64,000 bases of DNA from Tubulanus polymorphus (lineage: Eukaryota > Animalia > Nemertea): the NCBI RefSeq assembly GCF_964204645.1, contig NC_134028.1, forward strand, positions 12,881,263 to 12,945,262. Direction: 5' to 3'. A program made the translations under genes and the position numbers. The notes below the pieces were generated by a model. That model did no database searches. It worked only from the letters and a program-made list of their open reading frames with translations, and was not told the DNA's origin. This document shows, in pieces, positions 1-12,001 of this stretch (the stretch's first letter is position 1; every line of letters begins with the position of its first letter).

Positions 1-393
1 CTATCTAGGAATGATTTATTGTTCTCACTGTGTACTTGTTTACTCTCCATTTAAATATATAATTTTTTATTAAAATTGCTTTCATTAATATTAATATAAT
101 ATTCATAAATATGATATTCATATATATGGAATAACCTAGTAAGTGTAGTTAGGTCGTTTCAGGTCAGAGGTTGAAATAAGAGTGAATAAAGTGTGAATAA
201 GAGTGAATAAAGAAAACAAATATAAAAAGTAATTTTACTTTCTAACTATAATATATATTCATAGTCGTGTGTATTCCTAGGTAATAATTATCAGAATAAA
301 TTAATATAATTAGAATAGATTTAATTATTTAAATCTATTCTATTGTGTATTGAAATTAAATCAGTTGAAAGCGGAGCAATTGATTTAATTGAT
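1..393 (-). mobile_element. Fragment D of a related Polinton-like element: 5' end of the MESKQ gene (ATG at 48-50, minus strand) next to a diverged, half-truncated terminal hairpin (138-390)
   Basis: 1-50 is the reverse complement of MESKQVHSENNKSFLD. 138-390 resembles the inner arm and apex (GCGGAGC at 371) of the hairpins at 27152 and 61880. Confidence 0.65.
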
Positions 394-504
394 CTCATTT
401 ATCATTCGAAAGGGAATATTAAAGAGACACGTATTTTGACCTATTTACAACTATTGTGACATGATACGTGTGTGTGTGCGTCTGTGCCCGCGTGTGCGTG
501 TATC

Positions 505-582
505 TAGGAGGGAATTGTGAGGAGAAAAGCCATTATCTAAATCGGGACTAATATCTGAGTGACGAGTAATTTGGGCAGACTC
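505..582 (-). mobile_element. Short Penelope-like fragment cut off by a Polinton terminus
   Basis: Similar to about 1396-1470 (ctaatatctgagtgacgagtaatt.gggcagactc); the match ends exactly at the AGT at 583. Confidence 0.7.
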
Positions 583-870
583 AGTAATAGGGAATATGGG
601 GGTTCAGGCCAAAGGTCGAAGGGTCGAGCTCATAAGAAATGAAAAATAAATTCTCCCACGCTCGAATTTATTTTTTTTTACTCACTCACCCCTTTAACCT
701 GAACCCCCATATTCCCTATTACTCCTAATAATTTCATATAAATGAATATTTTATAAATGAATAACTTCTAAAATCAATTTTAATAAAAAATTTGATATTA
801 AAATGGAAGCAAATAAGAAGTACTACTGTCCAACATGTAAAAAAGAAATACATAAATGTGATACAACTGA
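583..870 (+). mobile_element. Fragment E: Polinton left end with a 141-bp hairpin (583-723) and a pPolB start stub (ATG 803, MEANKKYYCPTC)
   Basis: agtaatagggaatatgggggttcagg...cctgaacccccatattccctattact; same apex type as element C; followed by the leader seen upstream of pPolB. Confidence 0.85.
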
Positions 871-1238
871 CACAGGCCTAACATTCACCAAGAATCTTAG
901 TGTCTGATGTACCACATGATGTTGGTTACACTAGGATCGTTAGAGCGACGGAGATCACAGGTGGAGACAACCACTGCCAGTGCTGGGTGAAGCCTAACAC
1001 TGTTTGTCAACTGTCTGTGTATTTCGTAGTAGGCTATCGATAATCACCTGATACTTTTCTGTTGTTTCTTTTCTCTCTGAATGTAGTCGAACGTAATTCT
1101 AGTGGCCACCCGCGACTCAACGACCTTGATTAAAACTTGATCAATTCAAAATGTATTTTAAGATAAAATCCCACTATTTTACAGATTAAAAGAATTTAAA
1201 AACCAGAATTTATTTATTCAATCAAAAATATATAAAAG

Positions 1239-1280
1239 ACACGACGTTTCGATCTCACCCTAGAGATCATCGTCAGGTGT
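1239..1280 (-). ncRNA. Minimal type I hammerhead ribozyme (Penelope-associated)
   Basis: Minus strand reads ACAC-CUGACGA-U-GAUCUC-UAGGGU-GAGAUC-GAAAC-GUC-GUGU: core boxes, stems I and II, and a loopless palindromic stem III. Confidence 0.85.
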
Positions 1281-1290
1281 GAGATTAAGA

Positions 1291-1800
1291 TTAAAAACGG
1301 GGGTATATATACAGAGGAGGACAGGTTAATTGAGTAAATTGGTGAGTGAGTAAATAATTAGTGTTTGGCAAGGCATGAAGTAATATACTTAGAAAGAAGG
1401 GAATTATGCGTAGAAAGCCATTATTTAAATTGGTACTAATATCTGAGTGACGAGTAATTAGGGCAGACTCAACTATGTGGCGTTTAGTGTAATTGCTGGA
1501 AGTATAAATAATTTCGGCTTTATCAAAATTAAAACGATGACCAGTGTTCCAAACGTGATTGGCTACGCCACTAGCCGGTTTTTGATTTATTATATCCTTT
1601 TTGTGTTCCGAAATTTGAGTTTTTAAACGACCAGTTTCTCCAAAGTAAATTTTATCACAGCCAAAAAAAGGAATTTTGTAAACTCCGCAGTCCATAGGTT
1701 TAGATTGATTGTTTTTAACCAAAGTCTTACTAATTTTGTTTTCATGCGTGAAAATGATTTGTTTATCCAATAAAGGGAGAGAGTGACGAAACTTTTCCAA
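1291..1800 (-). pseudogene. Penelope-like retroelement GIY-YIG endonuclease, 5'-truncated
   Basis: GVYKIP..CDKIYFGETGR..SEHKKDI..SGVANH..GHRFNF..ESALI motifs; adjacent hammerhead. Confidence 0.85.
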
Positions 1801-2594
1801 AACAGGTACATACGGAACTAAAATGAACTCTGAAATGTGTTTTTTATTTTCTGGAGGTTTAGAATTGAATAACCATTATAAAAACATAATCACGAACGGT
1901 ACCATCACTCCCCATTACTGACTGTCACTGCATTATGAGAATGCCGGTGTGCTAGCGTATGTATTTAACACCCGTATTGCTCGGGTTAATTTTACTACGA
2001 ACGGGTGGCGCTGTATGTAAATTTCACATAAATCAATGACTTTCGGCTATTAGCGGTACTTAAGACCACTTGAAAACATCATAGTCAATTACGTAGTGAA
2101 AATAAAAAGTTACAGTTTGGTGTACAGCACCATAGCATCCATATAATACCACATAATTTTTATTCAGACTAAGGACTATTAGTTAACACCGATCTTCATT
2201 TCCATTAATTAATGATCTGTTGAATTAATTAGTAATCCAGTCTTTCGGTGTTCGAGATAAAATGCCCGCAAAATTAGAACTAACGAACCAGGGCTGACCA
2301 CAAATTGTCCAACAGATAAATTTATGGAAACGACACAATCATGCTTAGTATCAAATAACTCGTGGCGTGGACCTTGGTCTATTAACTGACCAATGCATGA
2401 CCAGTACTGGCTATATAGTAAATTATCTGTTTTGCAAACAATTAAGTTGTTTGGTGTCAAATAACTAGATATGATGTGGACATTAAACTAAAAATTGTTT
2501 AACTGACCAATGCTTGACCAGTACTGACCAGTTACCACCAACTAGAACCCACCATAAGTAATTCATATGTTTAGTAAAGCAATAAAATCGTAAG

Positions 2595-2989
2595 AGTAAT
2601 AGGGATAATAGGCTTTCAAGCCAAAGGTCGAACGGTCGAGCTCATTAAAAAACAAAACATTAAAAGTAATTTAAAACTATAATATATTTTCATATTTATT
2701 ATTAATATTATTTTATATTATAACTAAATATTTATTCTAAGATATCAATAATTTAAAAAGCATATTGTATTAAATCAATTGGTCGCTACCGCTCCGCGAC
2801 CAATTGATTTATTTACAATACACAAATTCATATAATCAAATATATTCAAATAATAATAATTATTCTATTATTCAACTGAAATACACACGGTTATGAAAAT
2901 ATATTATAGTTTTAAATTACTTTTAATATTTGTTTTTAATGAACTCGACCATTCAACCTTTAACCTGAAAGCCTATTATCCCTATTACT
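2595..2989. repeat. A left terminal hairpin (type I)
   Basis: Imperfect palindrome agtaatagggataatagg...cctattatccctattact with apex ggtcgc...gcgacc. Confidence 0.95.
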
Positions 2990-3191
2990 CTTAAAATATT
3001 CATGTAAATGAATAACATTTAGATTGACAGATTATTCAATATAAAAGTGTATATTTACAACATTATTTCAATATTTATATTTGTGTGAGTTAGATTTTAA
3101 ACATTAAAAGTGTTAGTAAAGTGTGATTGAAATAATGCATGATATAAATAATTGAACTTCTAAAATCAATCTTAAAAAATTTAGTATTAAA

Positions 3192-6100
3192 ATGGAAGCA
3201 AATAAGTACTTCTGCCCAACATGTAATATCAATATAGATAAATCCCAAAAAGCAAGACACAATAAAACTAAAACACATTTAGAGAATCAATTGAAACTAG
3301 AATATAAAGATGATATATTAGAAACTAAATTAGATGAATTAAAGAATGAAAAAGAAACATACAAATGTGATACATGTAATCAATCATTCAGTGATAAAAG
3401 ATATTATAATGAACATTTAAAATCTAAAAGTCATATTAGAAATAAGAATAATGATATTTTAGGTGAGGATTATTTTGATGAAGATAACGATAAGAAACAT
3501 AAGACAATTAAAAGAATAAGAAATAAATTAAACAATAAAAGACCATACATGGAAGATGTAAGAAAATATATTAATTCATTAGATAATAAAAAAGATATAG
3601 AGATAACCGAAGCATTTAAAAGTGATATTGGTCCAGCAGCTATCGAGTTTAAATTTCATAAAGGAAAAACATTAGAAGAAAATAAAAAACATTTAGAAAA
3701 TATGAAAAATATTATAAAAATAATTACTGATGTTGAATATCCTAAAATTAGTATATCAGTTAAAGTTAAATTCATAAAATCTGAAAATAAACCAATATAT
3801 AATATAAATTCTCATTCACAACATATTATTTCAAAACAACATATAGATGATAAATTAGATAAATGTTATAATGAAGTAAAAACTAAAATAGAAGAGAAAT
3901 ATTTTGAAGGGTCTGGTTTAATATTTGATGAGATAATATTTATGACTTAACATGTTTATAACACAAAATATAATAAGTTAACTAAATCAAAACCAATTGA
4001 TGAAAATAATGTATCATATTATAAAGAACCAGATATTGAAGCATCCAGTTATATTAAACTACCACTTAAAACTAATGCTGTTATAATTGTACAAATTGAA
4101 GATGATAAATGTTTTCTATGGGCTATAATTAGTTGTTTACACCCAGTTGAAGATTATAAACAACATAGTTTTAGATTAACTCATTATAAACAATTTGAAA
4201 ATAATTATAAGATAGATAATTATCCTGTTATAATTAAAAACGTCCCAAAAATAGAAAGAGATAATAATTTAAGAATAAATGTATCTGAGTTAATCAAATT
4301 ACCAAATACAAAAGGTAACAACATAAAACATTATACATTAGAACCTTTATATCTATCAAAAGATTATGATTCAAATGATGTTATAGATATACTATATTAT
4401 GAGAATCATTACATGAGGATTAAACAAATAGATTTATTCTTTAGAACAGAAAGTGATCACCATAATAAAATATATCTATGTAGAAAATGTTTACATAGAT
4501 TCAGTAATGAAAGTACATTATTTAATCATAAACAATTATGTGAAAATCATGATTATTGTAAATTAGTTTTACCAAATGAAAAGGATAAAATATTAGAATT
4601 CAAAAAATATGATTACAAAAATAAAGTACCATTTGTAATATATGGAGATTTTGAATCATTAAATAAAGAATTAACTGATCAAGAAAGAAAAGAAATATAT
4701 TATAAAAGAAAGAAATTAAATTCTAATGAAAATGATTTTTCAGATGAACCACCAAAAACAAATACTATTAAAAAGATTCATCAATCAGCTGCAGCTTTCG
4801 GGTTATATATAAAATCTGATTATCCGGAACTAATTAAAAGTGAATATTATCATTATAGAAATGAAAATGTTATCAATCATTTTTTGTGACTTATTAATTG
4901 AATATGAAATAAGATTTAGTAAATTATTGAATACAAATATAGAAATTATAATGACAGAAGAAGATAAAGAAGAATTTGCGTTTGCAGATAAATGTTATTA
5001 TTGTGAAAAGATATTTAATTATAAAGATAAAAAAGTAAGAGACCATGATCATTTGAATGGAAAGTTTAGAGGCGCTGCACATGAGAATTGTAATTTACAA
5101 GCTAAGAAAATTAATTTTGTGCCAGTTATATTTCATAATCTATCAGGATATGATGCACATTTATTTATCAAACAGTTATGCCATAAAATAGAAGAAATTA
5201 ATAATGAAATAGAAAGATTAAATTCAAATAGATCAAGAGATAAAATACCAACTTATAAATTTAAAATGTTAGCTAAAGCATCTGAGAATTATATATCATT
5301 CCAATTTGGTTGCCTAAGATTTATAGATTCATATAGATTTTTAAATAGTTCATTAGATAACTTATCAAAATCATTAGTTGATGATGAATTAAAAATATTA
5401 AAACAACACTACCCAAATAATGATGACTTTAAATTAATGAGATATAAAGGAGCAATTCCATATTCTTTCTATAAAAATCATAATGATTTCAATATAACTG
5501 AATTATTAAAAGAACAATTCTATGATGAATTAAAAAATGAATATGTTAAAGATGAAGTCTATAATAGAACATTGAATATTTGGAATCATTTCAAAATAGA
5601 AAATCATGGGCAATTAGTAGATATATATTTAAAATCAGATGTATTATTATTATCGGATATATTCGAAAGGTTTAGAGATGTAAACCTAAAATATTTCAAT
5701 ATTGATCCTTGTCATTGTTATTCTAGTCCAGGTTTAACATGGGATTGTGGTTTAGAATTTACAGATATAAAAATGGATTTGTTAACAAATATAGATCAAT
5801 TACTATTATTTGAAAAATCTATAAGAGGAGAAGTTTCAGGTGTATTAGGTGATAGATATTTCAATGTAAATGATAACCCTGGATATAAGTTATTATACAT
5901 TAGATGCAAATAATCTATATGGTTGGGCAATGATGGAACCACAACCTTATGGAGTATTTGAAATAAGTGAAGTTTTACAACATGAAAATAATGATAAATT
6001 TGATTGGAAGAAAAGAATCCTAGATATTGCAGATGATTCAGAGACTGGTTACTTCTTTGTTGTAGACTTGGAATATCCTGAAGATGAAAAATTTAAATCT

Positions 6101-6534
6101 AGAAATCTAGCTTACTGTCCCGAACATAAAACTGTAACTCATGAAGAATTATCAAATTATCAAAAAAGAATTAAACCCGAAAATCATATTCATACAGAAA
6201 AGTTAATGGTAACTCAGGAAGATAAATATAATTATGTAGTACATTATAGAATGTTAAAGTTTTATTTGAATCAAGGAATGATTCTAAAAAAAGTACATAG
6301 ATATATTTCATTCAGTCAATCTAAGTGGTTAGAAAAATATATAGATTTTAACACCAAACAGAGAACTGAAGCTAAAACTGATTTCGAGAAAGATTTCTTC
6401 AAGTTAATGAATAATGCATTCTATGGTAAGACTTGTGAAAATATTAGAAATAGAAATGATATTGAGTTAGTTAGTAATGGCAAAAGGATAAGGCATTTAC
6501 AATCATATCCTAAGTTTTTAGGTAACAGAATATA
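3192..6534 (+). pseudogene. A protein-primed DNA polymerase B, 5' part (stop and frameshifts; interrupted by B)
   Basis: Fragments align with 23397-27071: C2H2 fingers, YGDFES, DANNLYG, KLMNNAFYGK. Confidence 0.95.
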
Positions 6535-6939
6535 AGTAATAGGGGTAATGGGCTTTCAGATCAAAGGTCGAACGGTCGAGCTCATTAAAAAACAAAACAT
6601 TAAAAGTAATTAAAAACTATAATATATTTTCATAACCGTGTGCATTTTATATTAAAAACTAAATATTTATTCTAAGATATCAATAATCTAAAAAGCATAT
6701 TGTATTAAATCAATTGGTCGCTCCACTTCGCCACCGCTCCGCTCCGCGACCAATTGATTTATTTACAATACACAAATTCATATAATCAAATATATTCAAA
6801 TAATAATAATTATTCTATTATTCAACTGAAATACACACGGTTATGAAAATATATTATAGTTTTTAATTACTTTTAATATTTGTTATTAATGAAATCGACC
6901 ATTTAACCTTTGATCTGAAAGCCTATTATCCCTATTACT
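6535..6939. repeat. B terminal hairpin (type I)
   Basis: Imperfect palindrome AGT...ACT. Confidence 0.95.
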
Positions 6940-7019
6940 CTTAAAATATTCATATAAATGAATAACATTTAAATCATTGAACTTCTAAAATCAATTTTAA
7001 TAAAAAATTTAGTGTTAAA

Positions 7020-7271
7020 ATGGAAGCAAATAAGTATTACTGCCGAACATGTAATATCAATGTAGATAAATCCCAAAAAGCAAGACACAATAAAACTAAA
7101 ACACATTTAGAGAATAAATTGAAATTAGAGTATTTACAGTTATATTCAGAACAGTTAACAAAAGCAAAGAAATTTATTGAATTATGGAATAATGATCCAA
7201 ATAATGAACAATACGTTGAGGAATTTGATGTCAAGGAATCGAAACAATTTATCAAAAGCAGCGAGGAGTGA
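7020..7271 (+). CDS. Chimeric mini-ORF: pPolB N-terminal Zn finger fused to an HNH-protein C-terminal tail
   Basis: First 38 aa match the pPolB start; LQLYSEQLTKAKKFIELWNN matches the HNH tail. Confidence 0.55.
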   Translation: MEANKYYCRTCNINVDKSQKARHNKTKTHLENKLKLEYLQLYSEQLTKAKKFIELWNNDPNNEQYVEEFDVKESKQFIKSSEE

Positions 7272-7348
7272 AAAAGGATGAAGTTGGTCGAAGAAATGGA
7301 AGAGGATTCTAAAATATTAACCAATTTAGTAAAAAATACATATAATAA

Positions 7349-8025
7349 ATGGAACCAGAACAACCGCAAATTATTAATATTACAAATAACACTGGCGTTA
7401 TAAACATATACTACAAGAAGTGTTCTAAATGTGAATTAGATAAATCATTAACAGAATTTAGTAAGCGTAAGATTAGCAAAGATGGTTTTCAATATTGCTG
7501 TAAAACTTGTACTAAACTATATACCAAACAATATCGAGATAAGATAATATAGAACATTATAATTATTATATGGCAGAATATATGAGAGAACGATATCAAA
7601 CAGATCTTAATTTTAGATTAAAACGATGTTTACGGTCTAGATTAACACAATTATTCAACAAAGAAACACATTCAGAAACACTATCTAATCTATTGGGTTG
7701 TTCAGATGAATTCTTAAAATCATGGATAATATATCAATTCGACGATAAAATGAATATAGATAATTATGGGGATTATTACCATATTGATCATACGTTACCG
7801 ATTTCTAAATTTAACATGAATGATGAATACAATAAAAAACTTATTTCGAATTGGAAGAATTTAAGACCTTTAGAAAATAAGGAAAACATAATTAAATCTA
7901 ATAAACTAGATTTACAGTTATATTTAGATCAACTGGATAAAGCAAAGACATTTGTTGATCAATGGAACAATAATCCAAATAATGAACGATACGTTGAGGA
8001 ATTTATTATCGAGAATCCGAAATGA
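7349..8025 (+). pseudogene. B Zn-finger/HNH endonuclease, frameshifted
   Basis: Two ORFs that join to match 51829-52503. Confidence 0.85.
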
Positions 8026-8296
8026 CTTATCTGGACAGTTATAATTACTGCTCCTAATAGATAGACAATAGTAGTGAGATAATCTAAATCCTAATTTAAA
8101 TAAAAAGTATTAAAAATTACATATCTTCAACTAGCTAGTATTAGTTATTGTTCTTTTTAATACTTTCTTTTCAAAAAGAATACTTTATATCACAATAAAA
8201 AATACTAAAAAAACAATAACTAATACTAAAATTCTTTACCTGGTATCATTTGAAGAATATTTATAATATTTTTTTTGCTTTTTTCCTCTAATATAA

Positions 8297-8905
8297 ATGT
8301 CAAAGAAATCGAGTAAGAATAATATTGATATTGAAAAAACATTAGATGATTTGGGCATTAGTGATAATAAGGATATTCCAACCAAAATTGAAAATAATAT
8401 TCAAGTTAATTGTAATATAGATTATGAATACTATTTATATTGTAAGCATCATCTTGAACTATTGATTGCTGGAGGGAAATCTAAGGATTTCTTGGGAAAA
8501 ATAATAACTTTTCAAGAATTAGATGCTATGAAACCAGATAAAGTAATAAAATATTTTAAGATTTATGAAGAGGCAAGATTAGCTAAAATAAATGATTCTA
8601 TTTCGAATGGTATTGTCAAATGTTATTCTAAGTTATGTAACCAGTTAATACCAATTAATGATGGAAATAAATTATATAGTGATTTGAAAAATGACTACTT
8701 AGTTATGACTGAATTACAAAAATGGGTTGGTTATGCTTCATTTCAATTAGGATCGGTTATGACATTAATTTCTACTGGTGTCATAACATTTTCGAACATC
8801 AAGCCTATGGAATATAAATCAGGTAAGAACGAAACAGATGTACTACAACCAAACGTCGAAACAGAAAATGAATCGGAACAAAAATTAACTAAAATAAATA
8901 AGTGA
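8297..8905 (+). CDS. B hypothetical protein (MSKKS family)
   Basis: Conserved in all three elements. Confidence 0.85.
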   Translation: MSKKSSKNNIDIEKTLDDLGISDNKDIPTKIENNIQVNCNIDYEYYLYCKHHLELLIAGGKSKDFLGKIITFQELDAMKPDKVIKYFKIYEEARLAKINDSISNGIVKCYSKLCNQLIPINDGNKLYSDLKNDYLVMTELQKWVGYASFQLGSVMTLISTGVITFSNIKPMEYKSGKNETDVLQPNVETENESEQKLTKINK

Positions 8906-9257
8906 TACCGTTAAGAAAAAGGCTAGATCCGAGAAACATATTAAATGGGCAAGAGAATTAGGTAAAAGATCTTCAGAATTAAAAAAAGCTAAGAAAAAGA
9001 AATTAACCGATATAAATGAATTATCTGATATTGATTCAAATAATAATCCATCTGATTCTTCTAATGCTGGAAGTAATTATAAATTATATATTACAATTGG
9101 ATTAGTAACAGTTATTATATTATCTGGTGTAATATATAAATCAAAATTCAAATCTGATGATAAATATGATTCCAATGACAGTAAACCTATCATACCAGAA
9201 AATAAGTCAAATGATAAAGTCATTGAAAATAAATCTAAATTATTATTAATGGATTAA
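8899..9257 (+). pseudogene. B basic single-TM protein (MSDGV family), start codon lost
   Basis: Aligns with 50547-50930; ataaataagtgat replaces ataaatgagtgat. Confidence 0.7.
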
Positions 9258-9263
9258 AATAAG

Positions 9264-10366
9264 ATGAAAAAAGAACAATATTTAAGAGATTTATATTATA
9301 ACCCAGAGAGTGAAGTATCATATTCTAACGTTTCAGAATTATGGAATAAAATTAGATCTGATAATGAAAATGGTAATATAAAATATAGTGAATTAAAATC
9401 ATGGTTACAAAATCAACCAACATATCAAATCCACAAGAAAATGAATAAAACTTATTTAACAAGAAAAGTTATGGTTTCATATATCGATCAACAATGGCAA
9501 GCAGATTTAATTGACATGAAGAACTTAGAGGAATACAACAAAGGATATTTCTGGATATTAAATGTTATAGATATATTCAGTAGATACGCATGGTCAATTC
9601 CAATCAAAAATAAAACTGGTATAGAAGTAACAAATGCTTTTAAATCTATATTTAAAGAAGCTATTCCAGATAAGATACAATTTGATGAAGGTAAGGAATT
9701 TTATAACAAACATTTCAAAAAACTATTATCTGATAACGATGTAGACTATTTTTCAATACACTCAGATAAAAAAGCATCTATTATAGAAAGATTTAATAAA
9801 ACATTGAAAACTAGAATGTGGAAATACTTTACTGCTAATGAAACATATAAATATATCGATGAGTCTATAATTATATTAGATGATTTAGTGAAAGGTTATA
9901 ATAATTCTAAACATAGTTCTATAAATATGAAACCTATACAAGCTAGAAAAGAAGATAATTCAGAAATAGTTTGGAATAATTTATATGAAGCGTTTGTTAC
10001 ACATGATTTCGGTGAACCTAGATTCAAAATTGGACAACACGTAAGAATATCTAACTAAGAAAAACATTTTATAAAGGTTATACCCCTAATTTTACAGAAG
10101 AAATATTCAAGATTAAAAAGATAATATTAACTAAACCTTTTGTTTATAAACTAGAAGATCTAAAAGATGAAGAAATATCAGGTTATTTCTATGAACAAGA
10201 ATTATCACTTGTACCAAACCCAGATGAAATAGAATACAAAATAGAAAAAGTATTGAAAACAAAAACTCTTAAAGGGAAAAAGTATTCTTTGGTGAAATAT
10301 AAAGGATACGATGATAAATTTAATGAATGGATTTTATCTAGTAAAATTAAAAGAATAAATGAATAA
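9264..10366 (+). pseudogene. B retroviral-type integrase with C-terminal chromodomain; 1-nt deletion gives a stop at 10056-10058
   Basis: WQADLID, QFDEGKEF, IERFNKTLK; chromodomain in another frame. Confidence 0.92.
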
Positions 10367-10976
10367 AGATTTATTTTTATTTATATTTGAACCGCATAAT
10401 ATGTTAGTTACTGGTGTAACCAATTGTGGTAAAACACATTTCATATTTGATTTGTTAGAAACTATTTATAAGAATCATTTTGATAATATAATATTATTCT
10501 GTCCTACTTATGAAATGAATAAAACATATAACAGAGATATAGTTAAGATAAAAAAGTTTATTATATTAAATCCTAAAACAGTAAAAGAAAATTTAGATAA
10601 TTGTATTAAAATAGCAATTGATATTTATAAAGGATCAAATACATTATTCATTGTAGATGATTGCGCAAATTTACATGATTCAAAAGTTAGAGGAAGTGAG
10701 TTATGTTATTTAGCTTTCTCTGGGAGACATTTCGGGATAACAACATGGGATTTAAATCAAAAATATAATTCAATTGTTAAAGACTTTAGAGAAAACATTA
10801 GATTTCTAGTTTTATTTTATAACAAAAATAAAAAATCTATGCAACAATCATTGGAAGAAAATCAAATTATACCTACTGAATTACATGATGAATATATGAA
10901 TAAATTAAAGAATAATAAAGGTTCAAAATTATTACTGAGACTACAATTTCCCTATGAATATAAATTTATAAAATAA
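10359..10976 (+). CDS. B A32/FtsK-like packaging ATPase
   Basis: Walker A GVTNCGKT, Walker B FIVDD, GRH motif. Confidence 0.92.
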   Translation: MNKDLFLFIFEPHNMLVTGVTNCGKTHFIFDLLETIYKNHFDNIILFCPTYEMNKTYNRDIVKIKKFIILNPKTVKENLDNCIKIAIDIYKGSNTLFIVDDCANLHDSKVRGSELCYLAFSGRHFGITTWDLNQKYNSIVKDFRENIRFLVLFYNKNKKSMQQSLEENQIIPTELHDEYMNKLKNNKGSKLLLRLQFPYEYKFIK

Positions 10977-10993
10977 CTATTTGTATGACTATG

Positions 10994-11100
10994 TATTAGA
11001 TACCCTAATACCTGATACCCCATTAGATACCCTAATACCTGATACCCTTATACCTGATACCCTATTAGATACCTTAAATACTTAAAACCCCCTTTTTTAT
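10994..11100. repeat. Short tandem repeats (GATACCC/TAATACCT) between convergent genes
   Basis: Directly visible; homologous at 48735-48835 and 57015-57090. Confidence 0.85.
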
Positions 11101-11162
11101 TTACTATTATTTTATACAATTTTCAACTAATATTATTATTTGAGTTAAATATAATTAATATC

Positions 11163-11969
11163 TTAATCACTTTCACTATCACTCTCCAATTCACTATCAG
11201 ACCCTAACAATTTATTCAAATGCTCTACCGAATCTACATCAATAGTTGTTTTATTTTTATACTTATTCTTCGCCTTTTTTACCGCATCATCAATAGTTGT
11301 TTCATTGTTATGCTTATTCATCCAATCAAAGTTATCATTATTTTCTACTTTATGTTTCATAGAATCTTTATTAGTGTTTGCTCCTAATATTTCATTTACA
11401 GTGTTTGATTCTAATATTTCATTAGCATCGGTTAGATCTAATTCATCTTTATTAGGTGTTGCTAATAATAAATCTTTATATAATTCTTTACCATTTACTT
11501 TTTGATTTGAAACAAACTTTGTAACATATCTAAATGGGTGTTCTATAAATTCTTTTTTGCCAACACGTTCTATAACATTATTTATATGTACCTTTGTATT
11601 CATATGTTTATTCCAATTTGATGGAGCGTTTGAAAATTCACCTTTACAATAATCACAATAATTTCTATTTTTACTAACATTTAATATTATTGCATTATTA
11701 TATGTAGAAGGTATTACATTATTAGATGTAGTAGGTATTACTGTAGTAGGTATTACTGTAGAAGGTATTACATTATTATCAATTACATTACTTAAATTAT
11801 CAACAACTTCACTTTTATTATTATCGATTTCTATTAGTTTAGTTTTATAAATTTTGAAAATAGGATCAAATATCAAAGCTATATTACAAGGTATTACATA
11901 ATATAAACCATCATTATTTTCATGTGTATCGATGTATGGAATATGTTTATATACTTTACCTCCTTCCAT
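11163..11969 (-). CDS. B Zn-finger protein with VIPST repeats (MEGGK family)
   Basis: CDYC...H...H motif; conserved in A and C. Confidence 0.85.
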   Translation of the reverse strand: MEGGKVYKHIPYIDTHENNDGLYYVIPCNIALIFDPIFKIYKTKLIEIDNNKSEVVDNLSNVIDNNVIPSTVIPTTVIPTTSNNVIPSTYNNAIILNVSKNRNYCDYCKGEFSNAPSNWNKHMNTKVHINNVIERVGKKEFIEHPFRYVTKFVSNQKVNGKELYKDLLLATPNKDELDLTDANEILESNTVNEILGANTNKDSMKHKVENNDNFDWMNKHNNETTIDDAVKKAKNKYKNKTTIDVDSVEHLNKLLGSDSELESDSESD

Positions 11970-12001
11970 TTATTATATATATTTTTATTAAAGTTAAAAT
12001 T

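Noticed and set aside
583-2989. Hairpins as independent MITEs
   Set aside because: TSDs flank whole elements rather than single hairpins, and each hairpin continues into the same subterminal leader.
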